NCBI GenBank assembly: GCA_043228905.1 | Contig: JBHGNT010000006.1 | Coordinates: 14,384,001-14,448,000 of the forward strand | Reading direction: 5' to 3' | Length of the DNA: 64,000 nt | Origin: Azolla caroliniana | Lineage: Eukaryota > Plantae > Polypodiophyta | Shown here: positions 34,892 to 47,200 of the stretch, in pieces | Layout of the letters: the number at the start of each line of letters is the position of its first letter | Numbering within the stretch: the stretch's first letter is position 1 | Notes under the pieces: generated by a model | The model's database searches: none | Told to the model about the DNA's origin: nothing | The model's input: only the letters and a program-made list of their open reading frames with translations | Translations under genes and position numbers: made by a program

Positions 34892-35977
34892 TGTCGTGAA
34901 GATTTTCGGCAACGATGTGAAAATTGCGAGGAATGTACAAAATCGAGTGTGGTTCTTCACACACAATATGAAACAATAATAGTGAAGATACTATTTTATA
35001 GTAGTTTAATATCTTGGTACAAAAAGATGGAGGTCTTCAAGAGCTTTCGAATACACATTACCACATAAGAAACAGATAACTAAGTGGCAAGTTATATGCG
35101 TATGAAGTTTGCAAAGAAGAAGAGAAAAAACAAAACTACGAGATATCCCACATAGACAGGACAAATAAGGTTCCTAAAGTATATAAGTAGGGCCAAAATC
35201 TATTACTTAGTGTCTATGAGTGGATCATAGAATGTTCAAGGTGACTTGAGCTAAACTAACTAGATAAATGGGCGTGGCTTAACTACTTGTAAATGTTTTG
35301 GCCGACCGGAACCGGATGGCGACCAAACAGATCCGGCGAGACGACGACTGAGACTGGGATCGGATGGTGACAGACAGGATCAGATCGGATTGAACCGGTT
35401 GGGATAGACGGATTGATTGGTTGATCGCGATGCATTGTGTTTTGAAGATTTTCAGTGTAAATACAAGACCAAAAGCTTAGTAGTATTTGTGTTTTAGAAG
35501 GGATGTGAGCAAGGCTTGAACCTTGCACCTCCAAGTTGAAAGTCAATAGGCTTACCACTAAGCCAAGTCATATCTTCAAAAGTTTTACTTTGATCATTTT
35601 ACATGTAAATTCTTATACATGAGAGCTTAGATGATGACATGGCAGACATACATTTCATGCATTACGTGCATGTCTTGCACCCTCACATGCACCATATGCA
35701 TGGGGGCATCTATAAAAGAGTGGAGGAATCAAGCAACAAAAAACTAATGAAAAGATTTGGGAAAAATAAGAAACTTGTAATTGTAATCCTATTGTTGATG
35801 TATCTTCTCTCTTAAATCTGAAAGTTAAAATTTTAATCTTTATCTCAATATCTCTCTTTCGTCATATCTATCTTAAATAGTTTCTCGCTAAAGTTAGTAC
35901 AAACTTCGAATCCTTCCGGTCCAGGACCCCGGTGGTTCCGCCTCACGATCCGCACGTAGTGATGGATCTACACGACA
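34892..35977 (+). repeat. Solo LTR G1 (related to the G2 and K LTRs)
   Basis: TGTCGTG...CACGACA; 4-bp TSD CCGG/CCGA; splits the F zinc knuckle. Confidence 0.85.
35502..35574 (-). ncRNA. tRNA-like (Pol III A/B box) cassette inside LTR G1
   Basis: A box TGGCTTAGTGG, B box GGTTCAAGCC; acceptor stem 6/7, D stem GCTT/AAGC, T stem GCAAGG/CCTTGC; anticodon arm non-canonical. Confidence 0.65.
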
Positions 35978-36799
35978 CCGACTTCCCACAACAGAAGCAC
36001 ATGGGTCTTCCCCTCGACTTTGACCTTTTCCCCGACTTTTCTCAATTCTGGGGACTTCTATTTCAGCCTCTTCCTCGATTCATGTCACTTTCCATGACCA
36101 AGGCCTTTGGGTCGACTATGGACTCTCGGTCCTTCCGGGGAGCTTCCTCGTTTAGGAAACTCGACTTCACTTGCTCTAGGGATAAGTGTTTCCCTTCAAG
36201 TCCCGCGTTGCCCAATGTGACAACTAGCGTTTCCCAGCTGTCTGAAAGGGATCCCAACAACAACACTACTAATAGGTCATCAACAAGAGGTATTTCTAGA
36301 GAGGTAGTTTGATTCATCAGTCCTTGGAAGGCATTAATATGTTCCTCCATGCTGGAGCCGTCTTGATACTAGAGTCTCACGATTTTCCGGAAGACTGATA
36401 CTCTGTTAACAATATTTTTGTTTTCCAACATGATGATGTCAGGGATAGTACTAGAGGCAAGGAGAATTAGTACTACAAATAGAGGAGAAGAATGAGGATT
36501 ATTACTAAGAAGGGAAATTTTGTGTGAGAACCACGAGAGGAGAGAGAGAGAGAGTAGAGGGAGATAATAATGACAACAAGAATTATATTATATTATATGA
36601 AGAAAAATACAAGAACAACTAGGAGGTTTAAGATTGGCGTTGAACCGAATTGGTTCGGAATAATGACTTATGCCTCTATTTATAGTGTTGTCAAGATTAC
36701 CCTTGAAGTTTCTAGAATGAATGTTCCAGAGTAATCTAGAATATACATGAATTTCCTATAGAAATAATAAATGAAACTAATATTTTTTATATTATAATT

Positions 36800-36871
36800 C
36801 ATGGTTTAACGGCAAGGGCTCAACCCATGTAACACAAGGTCATGGGTTTGAATCCCTTCGTAGCCATACCA
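36800..36871 (+). ncRNA. tRNA-like A/B box cassette at the 5' edge of the I LTR (antisense to the element)
   Basis: TGGTTTAACGG (36802) and GGTTTGAATCC (36845) at tRNA spacing, ending ...GCCATACCA. Confidence 0.55.
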
Positions 36872-38349
36872 TGCCATTACCACCCCCACCCCCCTTAAGA
36901 CGACTAGTGCGATGAGTCGTCTTAGATGGAGGACCCGGATTGTCGGGACATTGTTGATGGAAGTCCTAAATAAGAGCTCGAGCATTTGCAACATTCTCGA
37001 CTGGTTCCCAATCGACCAAATAGTAGAGCTTGTTGCGAGCAATCTTGGAATCAAGGATGGTAGCAACTACATACTCCGGTACAGCTTCAAGCTCGATCGG
37101 GGGTGGAGGTGGTGTAATACGATTTAGAATAGTGTTATCTTGATAGGGTTCGAGAAGAGAACTATGAAAAAACGGATGTAACCGTAGTTGTGGAGGTAGA
37201 TCAAGACGAAAAGTGACATCATTAATTTTTTCGATAATGCGGAATGGACCTAATCATCGATAATCCAATTTATCGCATGGTCGAGTAGTCTTGATGTGTT
37301 GTCGTAATAGCCATACCTGATTTCGAATGTCAAAACAAGATGGAAGCTAATGAAGATCCGCATAAGCCTTCTGTGTTTGTTGAGCTTGATGTAAATGGGT
37401 AGATAGGTTTGCCTATGTCTTGAGTAGCTTCTCCAAATGATCCTCTACACGAGGATTTGTGAGTAACTGTGGAGTTTTGAACACACACCATCGAGGATGA
37501 TAGCCTGTATAAGCATAAAAAGGGGTAACCCTAATCGATGAGTGGATAGAGTTATTATACGCAAATTCGGCAAAGTGGAGAATATCCGCCCAATCATCTT
37601 GTTGATAGCTTTGAAAACATTGAAGATATTGTTCGAACGTTTGATTTTTTCATTCTACTTGGTTGTTTGTTTGAGGGTGATAGCCAGAGGAGAGGTTACA
37701 AGTGACCTTGAGCATTTTGAAGACATGCTTCCAAAATTTCGAGACGAATTGAGGTCCACAATCACTGATGATACTATCCTGGAGGCCATGATGCCGAAAT
37801 ACCACACACATGACAATTTCGGTGCTTTCTTCACTAGTGATAGCCTTAGTACAAGGCAGGAAATGTGCCATCTTAGTATATCGATCCACTATTGTTAAGA
37901 TCGCATCAAATCCCTTTGAAACTGGAAGATCTATGATAAAATATAGAGAAATGGACTGCCACAACTTGCTTGGAATTGGCAATGGTTCCAATAAACCATA
38001 TGGATGATGTCTTGGCATCTTTGCTCTGCAACATGTATCACATGTTCGAACATAGTCTTCGACAAATCGTTGCATATGAGGCCACCAAAATGATCGTTGT
38101 ACTAAATCCAACGTTTTAGTACTACCAAAATGTTCAGTTGTATATGTGTCATGAGAATTTTGGACTACTTGAAGGTGACAAGAACCATTGGGAGCATACA
38201 AGAGTTTCTTAAAGAATAGTAATCCATCATGACATTCGAATTATCAATAGTTTGTACCTGGTTGTTGTGACTGTGAACAGGTTTCCCGCGAGGGATCACT
38301 TTGCACTAGAATGGCTTGAGCGAAAGCTTTTGTCTTCAAGTCTTCACGT

Positions 38350-39122
38350 TGTCGTAGTGTAATTCACACACTACATGAAAATTGCATTTTTGTCCCTCCG
38401 GATGGAATCGGTAAAGAGGAACCAGTGAGAACCGGATGAAGGATGGAATCGGCAAGGAGGAACTGGTAAGGAGACCCGGTAAGAACCGGCAAGAGCCGGA
38501 TAAAGAAGGCCGGTGAGAGTCTCTCACCGGATGAAGAGAAAAATTTGTAAATAGAAGAAAAGATTGTTACATGCATAGGGTAGGATTTGAACCCTGTACC
38601 TCCATGTTAACAATTTTTAAGCCTCACCACTATACTAGCATATTATGAATTTTAAAGTTATACTAAACTTTATCCCATGTAAATATTCTAGATATGCATG
38701 GTACAAAAAGTTATTCATGCATACACACTCGAGTTAAAAGAAAAGATGGGGTAGAAAGCTAATCATGCACATGCAGTGTGCATGAAAATTAAAGTTAGGA
38801 AAAGCATGATGCTTGCATGTGATAAACTTAGATTCTTCCAACACTATATAAGGAAGAGAGAAAGATGTATAGGGGTGGTTGATTTTTTGATAAGGATTGA
38901 TTAATACAAAATATTTCGTGGGATTCACGATTTTACCATCTAATTCTCTCTTACAATCTAAGTATCCATTAATACATTATACTCGTGGGATTGACGAGTT
39001 TCACATCTCCATCTTGCAATCTATTCGTAACAAAAACTATCTCATATTCTTCTTCTCCTAGTCCAAAACCTCAATGGTTCCCACCCGACTCACGCAACGA
39101 TCCGGAGCCAAAAAGCACGACA
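38350..39122 (+). repeat. Solo LTR G2 (K family)
   Basis: TGTCGTAG...CACGACA; exact 4-bp TSD ACGT; homologous to the K LTR; tRNA-like cassette at 38572-38645 (-). Confidence 0.92.
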
Positions 39123-42100
39123 ACGTATGGTATCGATAATGCGGCAATCCAATGGAGTGCTAAAAACGCACGTTGTTTATAGTCGTGTTGGTCCTAGGAT
39201 GACTTGCTTTTGATTATTGAATGTTGGATCACCGGGATGAGGTGCTAGATACGAGCGTCGCGATAACCCATCTGCCTTCCCTTGTTGCTTCCCAAGATGA
39301 TATGTAATCTTGAAGTCGAAACGAGTGAGGAATTGGACACACTGAGCTTTTTGTCGATTTAATACACGAGCATTCTGGAAATAGGCAACGTTTTTGTGAT
39401 CATTGAAAACAATGATTGATGAGAAGACCCCTCTTAAAAATGCCTCCATTGTGCAAAAGAATCCACTATTGCTAATAGTTGCATGTCATGTATCTCGTAA
39501 TTTATTTCGGTGGTGTCAAACTTGTGTGAGTGGAAAACCAAAGGATGTAGTTTTTCATCATCGCCTTGTTGTGACAGAATGCTACCAAGGGCGAAATCCG
39601 ACGCGTCTGCCTCCATGATGAACAATTTTTTATTATCAACATGAGATAGAATGGGAGCTGAGGTAATTGCTTTCTTAAGATTTACAAAGCTATGTCCACT
39701 TCCTTAGAACAAACAAATGATTGCCCCTTCTTGGTTAGTTGTGTGAGAGGCAAAAGAGGCTTTGAGTAGTCTTGTATAAACTTGCGGTAGAAATTTGGGA
39801 AGCCTAATAAACATTGCACATCTCGCAATGAACGCGGAGTTTGCCACTCTATTACAATTTTGACCTTAGCTGGATCCATAGAGATGCCTTTCGAGGAGAT
39901 GACATAGCCTAGAAATTTCACCTGGTTGCAGTCAAAACTACATTTTTCCAGTTTTGCATTAAGACCATGTTCTCAAAGTTGTTTTAGTACTAATAGTAGA
40001 TGAGAATGATGCTCTTCCTAAGTCTTCGAATAAACTAGTAGATCATCCAAATAGATGATCAAAAAAAATTCCAAGGGATCTCGGGAATTTTTTTTTGCCA
40101 TGTGTTGGAAGATTGTTGGCGCATTGGTGAGGCTGAATGGCATAACTGTATTCTCAAAGTGCTCGTATCGGGTGCGAAAAGCGGTCTTCCATTCAACTAC
40201 CGGTCAGATCCGTACAAGGTTATATGCGTCTCGTAAGTTGATTTTTGTGAAGAACTTTGCACCATTAATCTGTTCTAAAAGACTCGAGATAAGGGGAAGT
40301 GCATACCTATTCCTGATGGTGACCTTATTCAAGCCACAATAATCTACGACGAGAGGAAGTGATCGATGTTGTTTCTTGACAAAGAAAATGGGTGCGCCGG
40401 CTAGAGATTTTGAATGTCGAATGAATCCGTTCGCCAAATTTTCCTCTATGTAGGCTCGAAGGACTTCTAGCTTGGTTGGTGACAAGTTGTAGATCGGTCC
40501 CCGTGGTGGCTCTTTTCATGGTTGTAAATCAATGGGACAATCGTACGGTTGATGGTGAGGAAGAGTACTGGCTTGTACCGTATAAAACACGTCGGCATAA
40601 TGACGATACTTCTCTGGATGTTGATTTATGAATTCCTCTTTAGTGGTGCTGGAAGGTTTAGTGATACTGCGAATACAAACATTGATTCCTTGTTTCCTTC
40701 CTCATGTAGTTGATGTAGCAAAATGGTTGAAACCTTTTGAGTATATTCTTGAGGTTGTCGATACCGGATTTCTCTTGTTCTCCAATCTATGTTTGGATTG
40801 TGTAACTCGAACCATGGTAACCCCAAAACAATGGAATGTTCAAGACTACTAGTTATATTGAATGATACTACACATGCCAAATTATCTAGGACAACATTAA
40901 TTGGCTCTGACTCGTCTACAATATTTCTGGAAGCAATAGGGCAATCATCAATGACTACTACAGAGGCTGGGCAAGGGAGTTTTCTTAGGGATAGCTGATG
41001 AGCTTGGGCAAAATTCTTATCCATGAAGCAAGAATTAGCTCTAGAATCTAGGAGTGCTAAGACATGTACTAGAGGGATACTTTTAGTACTAATAGTTACT
41101 TGAGCTAGGAAGACATTGCTAACTTGCTTAGAGGGAATGAAACCACTAATGGGTTGCACAGATCTAGGGCTGTCAAACCAAACATCTCCTATTTTTGCTA
41201 GACTTAGTCATTTAACTCTTCTTCTAATTGACTAAGGACTTCAAATTTGTTCGATAGACTTGGGCAGTTAGTACTATTAGGACTATTAGACACTCCTGCC
41301 GAAATAGACTCGGGTTTAGTACAAGCTACTATTTGATCTACCTGTCTTCTTGGCCTATGTGGATAGTTTACTGCGATATGCCCTAGTCCTCCACAGTAAA
41401 GACATAATCGATTTACTTAACATCGTTGCTTTTGTTCTTCCGACAATGATCCACGATGATGTTGTCATGTTGTTACGCTTTCGCATATGAAATAAGGCGG
41501 GATCATGGGGGCCTTGAACTGAGGAGCGTGAAAGATGAGAGGGAGAGAGATTCGCAGAAAACACAGAGAGACAAACGAGACAATCAATTCCAATAACTGT
41601 ATAGATTACAGAGCTTGCAATGTTACAATCGGCAAGCCGACGACAGATTCAACACGGATGAACACACGCACTGAAATTTGCAGTGGAGCCTCTACCGGAA
41701 GCACACCGGCTTTCACACAGCAGAGGCAACCAACTTAACCCAAAATCCTTGTAGAAGCAACAACGATGGTGGAGGAAAGAGCTCGGTTCCTAGTTCGACA
41801 ACACTTCCCTCTCCAAAATGTCCGATCCCTCTCTCAGCCTTTCCCTCTCTCTTTTATAGGCCGCTAGGGAAGACCGTTACCCCCTCGGCTACATACATTT
41901 ACCCTCCGTCCCGTCGGACAGAGATACGCTTGTTTTCCCTAGACAATTAATGCGTACTACCTAGTATACTTACATGAGCTGAATCAAACCTAGTTATGTA
42001 CAACTTAATAAATAGTGCGGCCATGCGTACGGGTCGGTTCCTGCGTCTTTTCCCCCCCGTTTCCTCCTATGGCCAGTTTTCTCCATGACATCCACCCCCA

Positions 42101-42864
42101 CCAAATCGCGCATCCACCGGTATGCGCTGGAGAGGAACACTTACTGGAGAAACCAGCTCACCTCTACTCATCGCTACCCGATCCTTCGTTCTCTCTGAAC
42201 CGATCACCATCGTCGTCCTCGCCCCCTGGGTCCGGCTCGTCCTCGTGCCGCTTCTTGAACACCTTGATCCGCTTCCCGACTACCGGTACTATTAACCGCG
42301 TCCCGTCAAGCTCCGCGAGATGGTACGTGCCATTATCGTTAGCGCTCGTCACGGCGTAGGGCCCGAACCATCTCCTTGCAAATTTCCGTACCGCCTTCCT
42401 CGATTTTTCTCGGTCGTAGCCGGTGAGTCCGGTCGAACCTCCCCTTGCTCTTTGTCCTTGCCGCATGCAGCTTCGCCGTCGCTCGTTCCACGTCCTCTGG
42501 TCTTCGCTCGAGCTGTTGGATTTTGCGCTGCTAACAGCTCTTCCCAGCTCATCTCATCTCTCCAGTCCACTGCGGCCCACGAGGAGATTGTCCTCTCCAT
42601 CGGCATGATAGGCTTCTGCCCGTACATCAACTCCGCCGGCATGAACCCGATTACTGAGTTGTGCGTAGTCCGGTCTGCCCACAATGCGTAGGTAGGAGAT
42701 GTGGCCAATTCCGACCTGGCCTCCACAGGCCCGTACCAATGCCTTTATGATTGGCCCGTGTCCGCGTTCCACCTTCCCGTTTGCCTCCGGATTGTACGCC
42801 GTGGTGAGCGAGAGTTTAACCCCTAACCATTCAAACAACTCTTCGGCCTCCTATACATCCAGTT

Positions 42865-43656
42865 TGACGGGAACTGGTCGTTCCTTATGCGCAACGCTCG
42901 ACCACAACCGAGCTTGTAATTATACACAGAAAACGGGAAATAAAACACGACAAGAAGAAGAGAAAGATACACAGGAGGTTTACATGGAAAACCCCAAACT
43001 AAGGGAAAAACCACGGCAGCCCACAGGCTACAAACTGTCACTATGTAAGAATATACAACAGTGAGTTCACTGAGGCACCGACCTCGTTCTCATAGATCTT
43101 CGCCACAGGCGGCGGTTACAATAGAGGCAACAACCTCTTTCTCTCTCTCTCTCTCTCTCTCTGTACAGTTACGCACACTGATCTCGTGCAAAACAGAAAT
43201 GACAACAACCATTACTAAAAGTTTGCCCTAAGTCATATTTATACTAATATGACTTTTCGGTTATTTACAAATATAGCCTCGATGGACTATCAAAAACATA
43301 TTTACGAATATGTCTCTTCATCCGGTTCTCCGTAGCCGGGTACTCCTCATCCGGCTCTTCGTAGCCGGGTACTCCTCATCCGGTTCATACCGGGTCTGCA
43401 CCATCCGGCCCTCCATAGCCAGGTACTCCTCATCCGGTCTTCACCGGGTCTGCATCATCCGGCTCTTCGTAGCCGGGTACTCCTCATCCGGTTCATACCA
43501 GGTCTGTACCACCCGGCTCTCCGTAGCCGGGTACTCCTCATCCGGTTTTCACCGGGTCTGCATCATCCGGCTCTCCGTAGTCGGGTCCACCTCATACGGT
43601 TTGTTCATCGGCACTGTTCTTCTCCCTTCCCATCCGGAGGGATCTGTCTCCCAACA
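42865..43656 (-). repeat. Solo LTR L (Tork-like copia, A/F/N type)
   Basis: TG...CA with TSD CAGTT; shares the GGAAAACC..AAGGGAAAAACCA motif with the F LTR. Confidence 0.9.
43316..43590. repeat. CCGG-hairpin tandem array (~27-bp units, alternating dimer) in LTR L
   Basis: Units CATCCGGCTCTCCGTAGCCGGGTA and CATCCGGTTCATACCGGGTCTG, ~10 copies. Confidence 0.9.
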
Positions 43657-44004
43657 CAGTTCCCCATGGTTCGCTATGATCTTTCCTGTTAAGAAAACAT
43701 GAAGAAGGCACTCGGGCTCTTCTTATGTGCGCGGCGGATTGTGGTGTGCTAGATCGTTTAGTGCTCAAACACAGAAGGGAAGGGGGAAGGAGACTTACCT
43801 CTGTAGCAGCCAAAAACTTCTTCTATTTCATTATGCGCAGAGCTCTACTTGCTCTCGTTTGTTTCTCTCTCTTGCTCTCACTCTCTGAGTTCTTTCTCTC
43901 TATGCTCACTATCTCTCACAGGGTTCTACTTCCTGTATATCTTCTTCTCTCTTCTTTTTCTTACTCTCTTACTTTCTACCTAAGTAATAAGTTACTTACG
44001 TATG

Positions 44005-44130
44005 CAGCTAATTAGCTGCCTGTAGCTAATTAGCTATCAGTCGCTAAATAGCTGTCAGTAGCTAAATAGCTGTCAGTCGCTAAATAGCTGTTAGTAGCTA
44101 AATAGCTGTCTGTAGCTAATTAGCTGTTTC
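44005..44130. repeat. 18-bp palindromic tandem array (TAGCTAA(A/T)TAGCTGTCAG) in the E LTR; 7 units here, 6 at ~49024-49131
   Basis: Direct reading. Confidence 0.9.
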
Positions 44131-44234
44131 TTCTTTATGTTCACAAGTAGCTAAATAACTACTATAGCTTATTTCCCAATAAGCATCGCATACCATGTTG
44201 AGCTTGCTTCTCAACACTCCCCCTCAAGCTCAAC

Positions 44235-47200
44235 TTATCCTTTCTTGGGGTTATCTACAACTTCTTTTTCATGATGCTTTTCATCCATCATATCAATGTC
44301 TACAACTCCCATCATGTTCCGAAACTGTGTATGCTTTTCCACACTCAATCCCTTTGTGAGAATATCAGCAACCTGCTGATTTGTATTCACATACACCAGA
44401 TCAACTTCTCCTTCAATCACTTTTTCTCTAACAAAGTGATAATGCACTTCAATGTGCTTTGTTCTTGCATGGAACACAGGGTTCTTTGCAAGTTGAATGC
44501 TGCTCATGTTGTCACACCAGATTGTGACAGTACCTTCTATATACTCTCCCAAATCAGCAAGCAATCTTCTAATCCATACCTCTTCACAAGTGGCTATGGC
44601 AGCTCCTCTGTACTCAGCTTCAGTACTAGACAATGCAACAGTAGCATGTTTCTTGCTACTCCATGAAATACCTGCACTTCCCAATGTAAAGATATATCCA
44701 CTTGTGGATCTTCTATCTGTTTGGCTTCCAGCCCAATCAGCATCTGTATATCCTTCCAGATTTATGTCCAAATCAGCCTTGTAAAACAATCCATAGTTCT
44801 GAGTAGCTTTTACATACCTCAGAATTCTTCTAATGCAGTCCAAATGCGGCTTGGTTGGCTGTTGCATAAATTGGCTGACTAATCCAACTGCATAACTCAA
44901 ATCAGGTCTTGTTATGGTCAAATAAATAAGGCTGCCCACCATAGACCTGTACATGTTTACATCTTCTATTTTGGCTCCCAAATCAGCCCTCAATTTGCAG
45001 TTTTTATCTAGTGGTACTCCAATAGGTTTGCATCCAAGCATACCATACTTTTTCAACATAGTTGTTGCATATTGTCTTTGCAACACACATATACCACTTT
45101 CAGATCTGATGATTTCAATACCCAAAAAATATCTCAGATCTCCCAAATCTTTCATATGAAATTTCATTTCCAAATTTCTTTTCAGCTTACTTATCTCATC
45201 CATGAAATCACCTCCAATGATGAGATCATCAACATAAATCAGAATCACAACCATACAATCATCTTTCCTTTTAACATACAATGATGAATCAGCCTTTGAC
45301 ATTTTGAAGTCAAGTTTTTTCAGATAATCTGAAAGTTCCCTGTGCCATGTTCTTGGTGCCTGTTTCAGTCCATAGAGAGCCTTTTTCAGCTTACATACAT
45401 AATCTGGATGCTTCCTATCTTCAAAACCTGGTGGTTGACACATATACACTTCTTCTTCCAAGTTACCATGTAAAAAGGCATTTTTTACATCCATATGATG
45501 AAGAAACCATCTTCTGGTTGCACCTACAGCCAGTAATGTCCTCAATGTTGCCATCTTTGCAACCGGTGCAAATGTCTCATCATAATCAATTCCTTGCATT
45601 TGGGCATATCCCTTTGCAACCAATCTTGCTTTATGTCTACTTACATTCCCACTGGAATCATGCTTTGTCTTGTAGACCCATTTGCAACCTACCACATTTT
45701 TTTCTTTTGGTAACTTCACCAAATCCCATGTTTTGTTTTCAGCCAATGCATCAATCTCTTCTTGCATTGCGTCCACCCATTTCTTCTCAGTTTTAGCCTC
45801 ATCAAAACTACTTGGATCAGGGATCTGTACCACCTTAGACATGTATGCATAATGCATAGCCATGTATGTATCATAACCAAATCTTTCAACAGTTTTTTTC
45901 TCTCTATCTGATCTTCTCAGTTTCTGATTTGCATCCTTCAATGCTTTTTCCATACCAGGGATTTTCAATCCTCTTATACCAAGAAGATCATCCAATGACA
46001 CATCTGAATCCTCATCTTCCATGTTTTTAGACAAGTCATCCAACATTTCATACTCTGGCATTTTCTGTTTTCCTTTTTTATCATCACATTTTTTCTGTCC
46101 TCCACTTTTTCCACTCCAAGAATTTGAATCAGATTTACCATCTGAGCTTTTTGATGGTCCGGAACATTCTGTTGATGTTGGACTTTGCTGTCCAACCTTG
46201 CTTCCATCTCTGTGGCAGTCTTCTACATTTTCAGATTTGTCTTTGTCTTCAATCTCATTGTCTTCATCAGTCTCTGGATTCTGTTTTGGACTATACCAGC
46301 TGGCTAACTCATCAAAGATTACATCCCTACTTGTCACAATCTTCTTTGTTACAGGGTTATAGCATCTATACCCTTTTTGTTCTTCTGAATAGCCAACAAA
46401 AATACATTTTTCTGCCTTTGGATCCAACTTACTTCTTACTTCTACAGGCACATGTACATATGCAAGGCATCCAAACACTTTTAAGTGTTCTATACTAGGT
46501 TTCCTTTCGTAGAAACACTCTTCAGGAGTTGTTTCATGTACTCCCGATGTTATACATCTATTTAGAATATAATTTGCTGTATTTACAGCTTCTGCCCAAT
46601 AGTACAATGGCATATTCTTCTCTGTCATCAAAGCCCTTGCAATGTTCACCAATGTTCTGTTTTTCCTCTCAGCAACTCCATTTTGCTGTGGAGTATATCT
46701 ACATGTGAACTGTCTTCTTATTCCCTGATTGCATAGAAAATCAGAAAATTCATTGGAGAAATACTCTCCTCCTCCATCAGATCTTAAACATTTTATTCTT
46801 GTACCTATCTGCTTTTCTACCATGCATTTAAACTTACGAAAACATTCAAACACTTCACTTTTCTCTTTCATGAAGTACACCCATGTTTTCCTTGAGCAAT
46901 CATCAATAAAAGTTACATAAAATCTGCAGCCACCGATAGATGCATTCTTAGTTGGTCCCCATACATCCGTATGTACCAAATCCAACAAATTTTTACTTAC
47001 ATGTCTTTCATGAGGGAATGGCAACCTATTTTGCTTTCCATATTGACATGCTTCACATATCTTTCCCATTTCACAATTTTTCAGTTTTGGCAGTCCACCC
47101 ACTGCATCTTTTCTCAACATATTCTTTAGGGTTTGCATACTTATGTGGCCAATCCTTTTATGCCACATTTCCACATCTGAGACTACACTCATTCCATTTG

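Larger units (their letters stand above)
31580..36436 (-). mobile_element. Decayed Ty1/copia F (Tork-like) with 3' LTR 31580-32158
   Basis: gag (LLLGSLSDSWETLV), protease WVVNSGAS, integrase and partly deleted RT remnants; PPT 32159-32170; interrupted by G1 and I. Confidence 0.88.
36437..41535 (-). mobile_element. Decayed chromoviral Ty3/gypsy I (Tcn1-like): gag end, protease, RT, RNase H, integrase, chromodomain, 3' LTR 36437 to ~36881
   Basis: LCLYCGGLGH knuckle, ALLDS protease, GAPIFFVKK/YALPLI RT, EADASD RNase H, GYHPQT integrase, chromodomain EYVVATILDSKIARNKLYYLVDW at ~36950-37080; PPT ~36881-36898. Confidence 0.9.

Noticed and set aside
35502-35574. Canonical tRNA gene (Glu-like)
   Set aside because: The anticodon arm does not form a 5-bp stem with a 7-nt loop, and the homologues in G2 and K differ there.
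43725-44015. Hydrophobic ORF (env-like), repeated at 48765-49034
   Set aside because: It is translation of pyrimidine-rich LTR sequence, duplicated only because the LTR is.
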